Source of the DNA: Vulcanimicrobiaceae bacterium
Lineage (GTDB): Bacteria > Vulcanimicrobiota > Vulcanimicrobiia > Vulcanimicrobiales > Vulcanimicrobiaceae
Assembly: GCA_035694945.1 (NCBI GenBank)
Contig: DASSEZ010000029.1
Coordinates: forward strand, 44,088-108,087
Direction of reading: 5' to 3'
DNA: 64,000 bases
The notes under the pieces were generated by a model. That model saw only the letters and a list, made by a program, of their open reading frames with translations, ran no database searches and was not told the DNA's origin. The position numbers and the translations under genes were made by a program. This document shows positions 51,562 to 60,887 of the stretch, piece by piece; within the stretch, counting starts at the first letter, position 1, and each line of letters opens with the position of its first letter.

Positions 51562-52695
51562 ATGGCCACCATCGCGCTCTCGTTGGAGACGCGGCGTTAT
51601 CTGCGTCACGTCAACTGGTACCTGATCGCGGCAGCGTTCGCGCTGACGCTCTTCGGCTTTGTGGCCATTCAGTCGGCCGACTTGCATTCCGCGGGCGCGC
51701 ACTCGGAATACAAGAAGCAGATATTCTACTCGCTGGTCGGCGTCGCGGTGATGATCGTCTTCTCGCGCATCGACTACCGCAATTTCCAAAACTGGGCGCC
51801 CTGGCTGTACGGCATCAACCTGCTGCTGCTGGCGTTCGTGCTCAAAGGCGGCCACCACGCGCTCGGCGCGCAGCGCTGGATCTCGCTGGGCCCGCTCGGA
51901 ACGTTTCAGCCTTCCGAACCGGCCAAACTCATTCTCGCAATCTTCGTAGCGTGGGGCCTATGCAAATGGCCGTTCCACCGCATCGAAGATCTCGCGCGCC
52001 CGCTCGTTGCCGTCGGCATACCCGCGCTGCTCATCGTCAAGCAGCCCGATCTCGGTACGACGCTGGTGCTGCTCGCCATCATGTCGACGCAGCTCTTCTT
52101 CGGCCTGGAGAAGATGCAGTATTTCATTCTGTACGCGGCGGGCGTTGTTGCGACGGCGGCGTTCACCGTCGGGACGAATTTCATCCTCAAGCCGTTTCAA
52201 AAAGCGCGCTTGCTGGTGTTCCTTAATCCGAAAGCCGATCCGCAAGGCGCCGGCTATAACCTGAATCAATCGAAAATCGCCGTCGGCAGCGGTGAATGGT
52301 TCGGCCGCGGCTTGCATCATGGAACGCAGACGCAGCTCAACTTCGTGCCGGAACACTCGCGTGACTTTATCTTTACCGTCGTGGCGGAAGAACTCGGTTT
52401 CATCGGCGCGCTCACGCTCGTCGCGCTGTACGTGGGGCTGCTATATGGCGGCATTCAAGCGATGGTGGCGGCCCGCGACAAGTTCGGATTTTTGCTTGCC
52501 GCCGGTATCGTGGGCATGTTCGCCTTCCACATCATCGTCAACATCGGCATGACGATCGGCATCATGCCGATCACCGGTATTCCGCTGCCGTTCATGTCGT
52601 ACGGCGGCTCGGCAATCATCACGAACTTCGCCGCAATTGGCATGCTGCTCAACATTTACTCGCAAAAAGACGGCGGCATGCTGGGCAACGCTTAG
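51562..52695 (+). CDS. rodA: SEDS-family peptidoglycan glycosyltransferase (RodA/FtsW)
   Basis: It has ten TM helices, FQPSEPAKL, NFVPEHSRDFIFTVVAEELGFIG and PITGIPLPFMSYGGSA. Confidence 0.85.
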   Translation: MATIALSLETRRYLRHVNWYLIAAAFALTLFGFVAIQSADLHSAGAHSEYKKQIFYSLVGVAVMIVFSRIDYRNFQNWAPWLYGINLLLLAFVLKGGHHALGAQRWISLGPLGTFQPSEPAKLILAIFVAWGLCKWPFHRIEDLARPLVAVGIPALLIVKQPDLGTTLVLLAIMSTQLFFGLEKMQYFILYAAGVVATAAFTVGTNFILKPFQKARLLVFLNPKADPQGAGYNLNQSKIAVGSGEWFGRGLHHGTQTQLNFVPEHSRDFIFTVVAEELGFIGALTLVALYVGLLYGGIQAMVAARDKFGFLLAAGIVGMFAFHIIVNIGMTIGIMPITGIPLPFMSYGGSAIITNFAAIGMLLNIYSQKDGGMLGNA

Positions 52696-53372
52696 CGCCG
52701 CAGGCGATACACCGCACCGAACTGTAAATCCGCAACGCGCTCGAAGTGCGCGTGCGTGTCGAACACCGCGCGATGCACCGGCGTGTGATACAGCACATAG
52801 CACATACCCGATGTGGGTTCCGCAAGACGTTCGGCGATTGTGCGCAGCGTCGTTTCGCCGAACGGATTGTAGAGATACACGACGAGATCGCCTTTTGGAA
52901 ACCGGTACGACGCGGCGTCAGCGTGAACGACGCGCAAGTCTTTACACGCGGTGTCGTCATTCGTCCGGCGCCACCGTACCAGATTGTCGCGTGCGGTTTC
53001 GCACAGCGCGGCCGATACTTCCACGCCGAGTACTTGCCGGAACGGCCGCGTACTTGCCAGCATGAGGACGCGACCCATACCTGCGCCCACGTCGACGAAC
53101 GTGAATGTCTGTAGCGGCTGCGGAATCGCGCGCAGCATTGCCGTGCATTCGTACACCGGCGTTGGCTCGTAATGCGTAGCATCGGCCATCGCCTCGCCGA
53201 TCGCTTCAGGATCGAGTTCTCCGAGAAACAGCAACGCTTCGGTTACGACGCCGTGCTCGGCGTCGAAGCGCTGGCCACTGCGTCGGCCCGATGTCGATCG
53301 GCGTGCGTCTTTCACGGCCGAAGTATTCGGCGCCGCCGGTCGAAACCACGCTTTATGAAGGTCCGCTCGCAC
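52692..53372 (-). CDS. Class I SAM-dependent methyltransferase
   Basis: Motif I is FVDVGAGMGRVLMLA. The N-terminal FDAEHGVVTE and YEPTP are typical of a small MTase family. Its stop overlaps the rodA stop (cTTAGc). The start is uncertain (GTG 53372 or GTG 53315). Confidence 0.65.
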   Translation of the reverse strand: MRADLHKAWFRPAAPNTSAVKDARRSTSGRRSGQRFDAEHGVVTEALLFLGELDPEAIGEAMADATHYEPTPVYECTAMLRAIPQPLQTFTFVDVGAGMGRVLMLASTRPFRQVLGVEVSAALCETARDNLVRWRRTNDDTACKDLRVVHADAASYRFPKGDLVVYLYNPFGETTLRTIAERLAEPTSGMCYVLYHTPVHRAVFDTHAHFERVADLQFGAVYRLRR

Positions 53373-53374
53373 GA

Positions 53375-54721
53375 ATGAAGCGTCGGTATAAACGCGGAGA
53401 CTGGCTGTACGTGCCGCTTGGCGAAAAGCACGATGCGGTCGGCGTTATCGCACGCATGTGCCGCTCGCGACTGTTCGGGTACTTCTTTTCTGTGCCCGCG
53501 GGCGAAGTGCCCTCGCATGATGCGTTGCGAGCACTTACCGCGCAAGACGCAATCGCCGCGATGCTCTTCGGTGGCGCGCCGCTCGAAGATGACCGGTGGC
53601 ACCTCATCGCAACCTCGCTCGGGTTCGATCCATCGCTATGGCCGCTTCCCGACTTCGCGTCGCGCGGCGCTTTCAGCGAGAGCTGGACCAAAGTCCGTTA
53701 CGATCCCGAAAGTTTGCAGATCGTCGAGCGCTGTAAAATCGGCCCGCACGAGGCTGCCGCTTTACCGGATGCACGCTTCGCCGGTGCGCATGACGCGGAA
53801 GTATTGCTGCGCCGCGCCATCGCTGGCGAGCCGTTCGCGCGCACGCATACCGTGTGCGAGATGCGCTCGCCGCTCGACGAGGAGCGCCTGAAAAGCCTGG
53901 AAGACGGCGGTGTCGTTCAATTCAGCACGCCGCTGACAAGTACTGACCTGGATCGCCTTGCCGCATTCATTCACGCGCATCCGCAGGTCGTGCTTCGCGT
54001 GCACGGATTTCATCACGGTTTTGATGCGGCGCAGCTCGTTCGCTTCGAAAGTTTGCGCACGCTCGTCCTGGATGCGCACCGCGTGCAGCACGCACAGCAG
54101 TTGCGCGCGCTGCGCCAGATGCGCAGCTTGCGCATCGGCGCGGCACGCCTGAACCTCGACGTTCTCGATGATCTGACGGAGCTGAGCAGTCTCGAACTGC
54201 GAGGGACTCGCGCGGCTCTTGCGCCCGTGCTGCGTTTGCCGAATCTGCGCAGCCTCGTGCTCGAAGGAACGCCGCCGTTCGACTTGCGCACCTCTACCGG
54301 CGCGCAGCAATTGGAACACCTCGTGCTCGCGCACGGAAATTACGATGCGCACGCGGTAGCGGCGTGCGTCAACCTGCGCGATCTCCGCCTTCGCTCGCTC
54401 GATATCGAAGAAGTTCCGGACCTGAGCGGATTGCGGCACCTCGAAGCATTGGAACTGCACGGACTCGCGCGCGTCACCGATCTGCGCGCCATTGCGCAAG
54501 CGCCCGCGTTGCGCCGGCTGCGCGTCGGTGCGATGCCGCAACTTAACGTCGAGCACTTCGCGCCGCTCGCACGATGCACAAGCTTGCGCACGCTGGACGT
54601 TGAAGTCGGAAGCCGCCAAAAAGAGCGCGAGATCTATCGGCTATGGCGTGCCGCCCAAGCGAGAGCCGGCGCACTGACCGATAGCGAGGGCAGGTCCCCC
54701 CGCCGGGGGCCGGGAACGTGA
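53375..54721 (+). CDS. Leucine-rich-repeat protein with an N-terminal immunity-protein-like domain
   Basis: About 10 LRR units are present (LRTLVLDAHRV, LRSLRIGAARL, LSSLELRG, LRSLVLEG, LRDLRLRSLDIEEVPDLSGLRHLEALELHGL ...). The N-terminal about 150 aa (GDWLYVPLGEKHDAVGVIARM...) resembles Imm26-type immunity domains, from memory only. Confidence 0.6.
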   Translation: MKRRYKRGDWLYVPLGEKHDAVGVIARMCRSRLFGYFFSVPAGEVPSHDALRALTAQDAIAAMLFGGAPLEDDRWHLIATSLGFDPSLWPLPDFASRGAFSESWTKVRYDPESLQIVERCKIGPHEAAALPDARFAGAHDAEVLLRRAIAGEPFARTHTVCEMRSPLDEERLKSLEDGGVVQFSTPLTSTDLDRLAAFIHAHPQVVLRVHGFHHGFDAAQLVRFESLRTLVLDAHRVQHAQQLRALRQMRSLRIGAARLNLDVLDDLTELSSLELRGTRAALAPVLRLPNLRSLVLEGTPPFDLRTSTGAQQLEHLVLAHGNYDAHAVAACVNLRDLRLRSLDIEEVPDLSGLRHLEALELHGLARVTDLRAIAQAPALRRLRVGAMPQLNVEHFAPLARCTSLRTLDVEVGSRQKEREIYRLWRAAQARAGALTDSEGRSPRRGPGT

Positions 54722-54944
54722 GCCCTGACCCGGACGCGGCCCCGTAGTTATGGGCCGTGGCGAGGGTGCGAAAAAGAATTTTCAGAGCGCCAGAACTCGT
54801 TAGCGTACCCGCTCGAGCGCGGCCGCCGCAGGAAATCGCCCAAACGGCGATTGGATGCGCGCGGCGCCCTCGCGTGGTTCGACAGGCTCACCATGACACG
54901 GTGCGGCGGGCTTCGGCGCCTGGGCTGTAAAGGCTAGGTAGCTA
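54722..54944 (+). promoter_or_regulatory. Long structured leader upstream of RNase E
   Basis: The non-coding gap is 223 nt. It has hairpins cggccc/gggccg (about 54738-54757) and aatcgcc/ggcgatt (about 54833-54852). It also contains a dispersed-motif copy at 54874-54897. Confidence 0.4.
54874..54897. repeat. 24-nt dispersed motif copy (inverted relative to the dnaX copy)
   Basis: gtggttcgacaggctcaccatgac is the exact reverse complement of 32541-32564. Confidence 0.8.
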
Positions 54945-57653
54945 TTGTCGACCGAGATACTCATCTCGAGCGACCCGTGGGAAAATCGGGTCGCCATACT
55001 TGAGGACAACGTCCTCGCGGAACTCTATGTCGAGCGCGAAGAAAAAGTCATCGGCTCGATCTACAAAGGTAAAGTTCAAAACGTTCTGCCCGGCATGGGT
55101 GCCAGTTTCGTTGACATCGGCCTCGGGCGAAACGCGTTTTTATACGTCGATGACATCAACAAGACGCCGCTGAACATCGGCGACGTCGAAATCACGCAGG
55201 GCCGCAGCGGCTGGACCATCAGCGAGAAGGTCAACCGCGGCGACGACGTGCTCGTGCAGATCGTCAAGGAGCCTAGAGGCCTCAAAGGCGCGCGCATCAG
55301 CACCAACATCTCGCTGCCCGGACGCTATCTCATCCTCATGCCGACCGGCAAGTACAGCGGCGTTTCGCGCAAGATCGAGTCCGCCGACGAACGCAACCGG
55401 CTCAAGGCCGTCATGAAGCGCATCCGCCCCGAAGGCATGGCGACGGTCGTGCGCACCGCTGCTGCGGGCGTGAGCGAGGCGGAACTGATCGCGGATCTCG
55501 GCGTGCTCATTCGCATGTGGCACGGCATTTTGGAATCGTTCAAGCGCGCGCCGTCCCCGTCGCTGCTGCACAAAGACATGAATCTGGTCTACAAAGCGGC
55601 GCGTGATTTTATCACCGCCGACGTCGACCGCGTGTTCATCGACAACGAGGACGAGTATAAGAAAGTTTGTTCGTTCCTGCAGTTGCTCGGGCCGCAATAT
55701 CTGGATCGCGTGGAACACTACAATTCCGGGCGCTCGCTGTTTAGAGATTACAAGATCGACGACGAACTCCAGAAGCTTATGAAGCCGAAGATCAATCTGC
55801 CGTCGGGTGGATCGATCGTCATCGAAACCACGGAAGCACTCACGGTAATCGACGTGAACTCCGGGAAATTCACGGGCGGCAAGAATCTGGAAGACACGAT
55901 CGTCAAGACGAACGTGGAAGCCGCGGCGGAGATCGCGCGCCAAGTGCGTCTGCGCGACATCGGCGGCATCATCGTCTGCGATTTCATCGACATGAACACT
56001 GAAGCGTCGCGCAATAAAGTGGTCGCAACCCTCGAAGCGGGTTTGCGCAAGGACCGTACGCGTTCGACGATTCAGTCGTTCAGCAACCTCGGCTTGCTCG
56101 AATTCACGCGCAAACGCGTCGGCAAAGATTTGTCTTCGCAGCTGCGCGGATCGTGTCCCACGTGCGCGGGCCTGGGAACCGTTATGTCCGCGCAGTCGGT
56201 GGCGATCGAAACGCTGCGCAAGATTCGCGCGCATCAGCATAGCGACGGCCAGACGGTGCTCGTCGAATCGGCTCCGACCGTTGCCGCGCAGCTCGAATTC
56301 TGGTACGAAGACGAATGCAACGTGCTGGCCGAGCAACTCCGCGCACCGATTCACGTGCGCGTCGATCCGATGCTGCACCCCGAGAAAACCCGCATTCGCG
56401 ATACGGCTGAGATGAAAAAGGACGGCGCGTTGCGCGTCGGCGACGAGCACGAAGTCGAATTGCTGCCGGGGCGCCTCCCGAATGCGACGTCTGCCGCCGC
56501 GGTGCTCGACGGACGCATTGTCGAGGTGGAAAACGCCGCGAACATGTCCGGGCAAACGGCACGCATCAAACTTATCGACGTCGACGACGATTCCGCGCTT
56601 GCGGAACTTGCCGCCGCGGCTCCGGGCGAGAAAAAGAAACGCCGGCGCGGGCGCGGGCGCGGCAAAGGCGATCTTACGCCCGCCGAGCAGGCGCAGCAGC
56701 TGCGCGAACTTGCGGAAGAGGCGGCAAAATACGGCACGTCGCGACCGCCCATCGGCATCACCACGATTACCGAAGAGGAAGAGCGCGAAGATAAAGCCGT
56801 CGTTGCCGAAGAAAAGGCCGAGCGCTCACCCGAGGCGATCGTCATTGCCGAAGGCGAGGTGCATGAAGGCGACGGGCGGCATCGCCGCCGCCGTCGTCGC
56901 CGCCGGGGTGGCCGCGGTGGACGCGGCGAGGATTTCGTGCAAGCCGTGCAGGCCGGCATCCCCGCCGAGAGCGCGCAGGCACAGATCGAAACCGAACCCC
57001 TGTCAGAAGAACAACACGCGCAGCCGATGCAAGCCGAAGGCGGACGCCGCCGCAGACGCCGCCGTCGCCGGCGGCGCGGGCACGGTCCAGGCATGGAAGG
57101 CACCATGCCGTCCGCGCCCACGGCCATGCCGGATCGGCACATCTTCCGCGTGGGTGCCGACGGCAGCGCGGAGCCCACGGGTCAGACGGCTCCACGCGAA
57201 CCCGTGCGTGCCATCGCGCCCTGGAATCGCAAGGCGCAGCCGCCGGCCGTAGAGCCGCCGCCGCCGCATCTGCGCGCGCCGGAAGAGCACGCCAAACCGA
57301 CCAAACCCGCGCGCCGTCGCCGTACGGCCACGACCGAGGCGCCCGCCGGAATGGGCGGCGAGCTCGCCGGTTCGCGTACCGCCGCGCTGCCCGCGCCCGA
57401 GCCGGAGAAGCCCAAGCGCACGCGGCGGACCAAGGCCGCAGCCGAAGGCTCGGAAAGCACAGCTGTCGCGGCTGAGAAACCGAAGCGCACGCGTGCAAAG
57501 GCTGCCGACGGCGAAGCGCCGGTCAAACGCACGACGCGCACGCGCAAAACCGCGGATCAGCAAACCGCTGCGGAGCCGGCCGTGAAAAAGACGCGGGCGA
57601 CGCGCAAGACGAGCGCAACCAAAGCGACGACTCGCAAAAAGAAAACGCAGTAA
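54945..57653 (+). CDS. rne: Ribonuclease E (RNase E/G family) with an Arg-rich disordered C-terminal half
   Basis: The start is TTG. The S1 domain is GSIYKGKVQNVLPGMGASFVDIG. The catalytic core contains TEALTVIDVNSG and IIVCDFIDM, and the Zn-link is CPTCAG. The C-terminal about 350 aa contain RRRRRRRRGGRGGRG, GGRRRRRRRRRRRG and KPKRTR repeats. Confidence 0.9.
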   Translation: MSTEILISSDPWENRVAILEDNVLAELYVEREEKVIGSIYKGKVQNVLPGMGASFVDIGLGRNAFLYVDDINKTPLNIGDVEITQGRSGWTISEKVNRGDDVLVQIVKEPRGLKGARISTNISLPGRYLILMPTGKYSGVSRKIESADERNRLKAVMKRIRPEGMATVVRTAAAGVSEAELIADLGVLIRMWHGILESFKRAPSPSLLHKDMNLVYKAARDFITADVDRVFIDNEDEYKKVCSFLQLLGPQYLDRVEHYNSGRSLFRDYKIDDELQKLMKPKINLPSGGSIVIETTEALTVIDVNSGKFTGGKNLEDTIVKTNVEAAAEIARQVRLRDIGGIIVCDFIDMNTEASRNKVVATLEAGLRKDRTRSTIQSFSNLGLLEFTRKRVGKDLSSQLRGSCPTCAGLGTVMSAQSVAIETLRKIRAHQHSDGQTVLVESAPTVAAQLEFWYEDECNVLAEQLRAPIHVRVDPMLHPEKTRIRDTAEMKKDGALRVGDEHEVELLPGRLPNATSAAAVLDGRIVEVENAANMSGQTARIKLIDVDDDSALAELAAAAPGEKKKRRRGRGRGKGDLTPAEQAQQLRELAEEAAKYGTSRPPIGITTITEEEEREDKAVVAEEKAERSPEAIVIAEGEVHEGDGRHRRRRRRRRGGRGGRGEDFVQAVQAGIPAESAQAQIETEPLSEEQHAQPMQAEGGRRRRRRRRRRRGHGPGMEGTMPSAPTAMPDRHIFRVGADGSAEPTGQTAPREPVRAIAPWNRKAQPPAVEPPPPHLRAPEEHAKPTKPARRRRTATTEAPAGMGGELAGSRTAALPAPEPEKPKRTRRTKAAAEGSESTAVAAEKPKRTRAKAADGEAPVKRTTRTRKTADQQTAAEPAVKKTRATRKTSATKATTRKKKTQ

Positions 57654-57659
57654 GCGCGG

Positions 57660-60600
57660 CTACGGCCGCACGATCTCCGCAAGCAGTGCATCCGGTGCGT
57701 ATGCCGCGCCGGATGCATATGCGTTTTCATATGCCGAATTTCCCAGGCTGCGCCGTGCGCGCTGCATGCGCCGTTCGAAATGGCGCTGCGCACTCGGCAG
57801 GCGCGGAACCGCTTCACGCTCGCGGTACGCGTGCAGATACCCGGCAATGCGTGCGGCAAGTTCGTCGCGTCCCAAATCGCCGGCAAGATACAAGCCGACT
57901 TCGAGCAGCATTGCGCCGTATTCACGATGCGGATGCTCGGAAAGCAGCACATGGGCACTGCGAAGCGCGCAGGCGGCGCGCTCCCACTCGCGCCGTTCGA
58001 TACGATAGTGCGCGATGCTCACCAGCTGCCACGCCTGCGCGCACGGATTGCGCAAACGCTCGAAGATCGAAAGGCTATCCGAAGCGTAAGCGATTGCAGT
58101 TTCATAATCGCCGGTCTGTCCGCTGATCTCGCCCAAGTTCGCGAGCACGATACCGACGTTCACCGACAGGCCCAGATCGCGGAAGATCTGCAGTGCTTCC
58201 AAGAAGTACTGCCGTGCGCTCTCGAAATCGAGATGCAAATCGGCGGCTGCCGCGCCCAGGTTCATGAGCACGACGCCAACGCCGCGGCGATCGCCGGCGG
58301 CGCGATGGTGCGTAAGCGCGGACGTGTACCGTATTTCGGCCGCTTTGGCGTTGCCGAGATGTTTTTCGGCGTTGCCGAGCGCGTTGCAGGCACGGCCGAG
58401 TTTGGCGCTGTCCTCGCACGCTTGCGCAAGCGTGAGCATTTCGTTCGCGTGATTGCGGAGCGCGTTGAAGTCGCCGTCGCTGTGTGCCGCCAATGCGGCG
58501 GCGTAGAGCAGTTCGTCGCGTCGCGGATCATCTGAAGGCGCACTGGCCAACGCACGCTCGATCCAAACGCGAGCTTCGCGCGTGCGTCCCGATTCCGCCC
58601 ACCACTCGCGCAGGGCAAGCACGAGCGCATGGGCGGTTTGCGTGCTCATTTCGTCGGCGAAACTGCGTTCGAGTGCGACTCTGAACTCGGCCCATTCGCG
58701 CGCCGCCGCCTCGAGTGCTTGCTCGGCGCCATCTCGGCCGAGTTGTTCGCTGATTCGCTGGGCAAACGCCAGATAGTACTCCGCATGCCGCGCGTGCACG
58801 AGTTGTTCTTCACCGCGCTCGCGCAATCGCTGCGCCGCATACGCACGGGTCGACTCCAGCAGCACGAATCGCTCTCCATCATGCACGTGCACCGCCGCGG
58901 CCAAGTGCTTCTCGACAACCTCATCGAACGCAGCCGCCGCTTCGCCGGGACGCAGCGGCGCAAAACCGCAAATGTCGCGCGCGGCATCGGCATCGAACGT
59001 ACCGCCGAAGACGCTGAGCCGCTCGAACAAGCGCTGCGCCCGTTCGTCGAGCAATCCGTAGCTCCAGGCAATCGTGGCTTCCAACGTGCGCTGCCGATCG
59101 GGCACGTCGCGCCGCGAATTGACCAGAACGTCGAACCGATCGCGCAGCGCCGCTTCCAGCTGCGCCGGCGTCAGCGTTTTCACGCGCGGCGCGGCCAATT
59201 CTATCGCGAGCGGAAGATCGTCCAAGTGCTTGCAAATCTCACGAATATGCTCGTGCTCTTGCGCATCGAATATGACGCCCGGGAATGCGACGGCTGCGCG
59301 CGTGCAAAACAACGCTTTCGCATCCTCGCGCGTGAGCGCGGTGAGATGAAACACGCGCTCGTGGTCGATCTTGAGCGCCTCACGGCTGGTCGCCAGGATC
59401 GTGGCACGCGGCGCCGCGGCAAGCAGCGCTTGGCAAAACTGCGCGACGGGAAGCGCGACCTGTTCGCAGTTGTCGAGCACGAGCAGGCAGTGTTTGGCGG
59501 CGAAATAGTGCAGCACCGGGCCGCGCTGTCCGAGCGGCGCAAGCAGCGCCGCTTCCAATTCCGCCGCGTCGCGCACCGCGCTGAGATCGAAAAACCACGC
59601 ACCATGCACGTACGCGTGCATGAGCTGATGGGCGACCGCGAGCGCGCAATGCGTCTTTCCCACGCCGCCCGTACCGACGACCGTCGTCATGCGTGATATC
59701 GCCAAGCTGCGCGCAAGCGCGTCAAGTTCCAGTGCTCTGCCGATCGTGCGGCTCGCGAATGCGGGAAGGTTGCCACCCGTCTGCGGTTCCTCTTCGATGA
59801 GCTGTGGCGTTTCCAGCATCGCGCGATCGCGCCCGGCGGCTTTTGCCGCATAGAGCGCCCGATCCGCGCGGCGCACGAGAGGCCGCGGATCCTCGGAATG
59901 TACGGCGCAACTGGCAACGCCGATACTTGCGGTGACCACGCCGGACGGGTTTTGCGCGTGCGGGATCTGCAGCGCCGTGACGGCCTTTCGCATGCGTTCG
60001 GCGATGGCGAGCGCCGCGGTTGGGGGAACGTCGGGAAGAATCGCGGCGAACTCGTCCCCGCCATACCGCGCGAACACGTCCGTGCTGCGCGAAACGCAAC
60101 CACGCGCGGCCTGCGAGACTTGCGTCAGGCATCCGTCGCCCGCGACGTGACCGTACGTGTCGTTGAACTCTTTGAACCGATCGATGTCCAACAGCACGAT
60201 TGCGACCGATGCGGCGTTCCGGCGTGCTCGATGCCACTCCACGTTCAGCCGCTCTTCGAAGACGCGCCGAGTGGCAACGCCGGTAACCGGATCGGTCGTG
60301 GCGGCAGCTTCGGCGCGCTCCTTTTCGGAGCGCATGAATTCCGCTTGAACGCGAACGGCTACATAGAGGGCGCACGTTTCGAGCAGTTGCAAGTCGTGTT
60401 CGTCATATGCGCCCGGCTTGGGGCTTTGCACGGACAGTACGCCAATGGGGCGCGAACCGAAGCGCAGCGGCACGAAGATGGCGCTTGCGGCGTCTTCTTC
60501 TCCCGCGCCGTCGATCTGCAGCGGCAACTGCGTTTGCGGCAGATCGGCCGGGCCACGCATGAGCAGCGACTCGCCGGTGTGCATGACGCGAAACGTTTGC

Positions 60601-60836
60601 GACTCCGGCTGAACCGGCACGTGCGCATCGCGCGCGGTGATGCCGTGATCGTACACGAATTCGATGTGCACGCCGCGATCCGATTCCAGCGCGATGAAAA
60701 CGACGGACGCGTCGACGAACTGCGCGAGCAGCACGCAAAACCGCTCGAAGAGATCCGAAAGCGGACCTCCCAGGGAAAGCAGTTCGGCGGTTTGCCGGAC
60801 GAGTTCGCTATCGCGCAGTCCGGCCGTCCGTTCCAT
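57660..60836 (-). CDS. GAF - GGDEF (diguanylate cyclase) - STAND/AAA ATPase - TPR multidomain protein (1058 aa)
   Basis: A GAF-like N-domain comes first. The GGDEF domain has an intact active site (ARYGGDEFAAIL) and an RxxD I-site (RSTD, 5 residues upstream). The P-loop is VGTGGVGKTHCA and Walker B is LLVLDNCEQV. The C-terminal about 350 aa are TPR-like helices. Confidence 0.8.
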   Translation of the reverse strand: MERTAGLRDSELVRQTAELLSLGGPLSDLFERFCVLLAQFVDASVVFIALESDRGVHIEFVYDHGITARDAHVPVQPESQTFRVMHTGESLLMRGPADLPQTQLPLQIDGAGEEDAASAIFVPLRFGSRPIGVLSVQSPKPGAYDEHDLQLLETCALYVAVRVQAEFMRSEKERAEAAATTDPVTGVATRRVFEERLNVEWHRARRNAASVAIVLLDIDRFKEFNDTYGHVAGDGCLTQVSQAARGCVSRSTDVFARYGGDEFAAILPDVPPTAALAIAERMRKAVTALQIPHAQNPSGVVTASIGVASCAVHSEDPRPLVRRADRALYAAKAAGRDRAMLETPQLIEEEPQTGGNLPAFASRTIGRALELDALARSLAISRMTTVVGTGGVGKTHCALAVAHQLMHAYVHGAWFFDLSAVRDAAELEAALLAPLGQRGPVLHYFAAKHCLLVLDNCEQVALPVAQFCQALLAAAPRATILATSREALKIDHERVFHLTALTREDAKALFCTRAAVAFPGVIFDAQEHEHIREICKHLDDLPLAIELAAPRVKTLTPAQLEAALRDRFDVLVNSRRDVPDRQRTLEATIAWSYGLLDERAQRLFERLSVFGGTFDADAARDICGFAPLRPGEAAAAFDEVVEKHLAAAVHVHDGERFVLLESTRAYAAQRLRERGEEQLVHARHAEYYLAFAQRISEQLGRDGAEQALEAAAREWAEFRVALERSFADEMSTQTAHALVLALREWWAESGRTREARVWIERALASAPSDDPRRDELLYAAALAAHSDGDFNALRNHANEMLTLAQACEDSAKLGRACNALGNAEKHLGNAKAAEIRYTSALTHHRAAGDRRGVGVVLMNLGAAAADLHLDFESARQYFLEALQIFRDLGLSVNVGIVLANLGEISGQTGDYETAIAYASDSLSIFERLRNPCAQAWQLVSIAHYRIERREWERAACALRSAHVLLSEHPHREYGAMLLEVGLYLAGDLGRDELAARIAGYLHAYREREAVPRLPSAQRHFERRMQRARRSLGNSAYENAYASGAAYAPDALLAEIVRP

Positions 60837-60887
60837 ACCATACGGTTATTCGGAACGGACGGCAGTCACACTTGTGTGTCTTTCGGC

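Noticed and set aside
53291-53374. The ORF-track start ATG 53291 for the LRR protein.
   Set aside because: It would overlap 82 nt of the divergent methyltransferase coding region. The conserved-looking domain begins right after ATG 53375.
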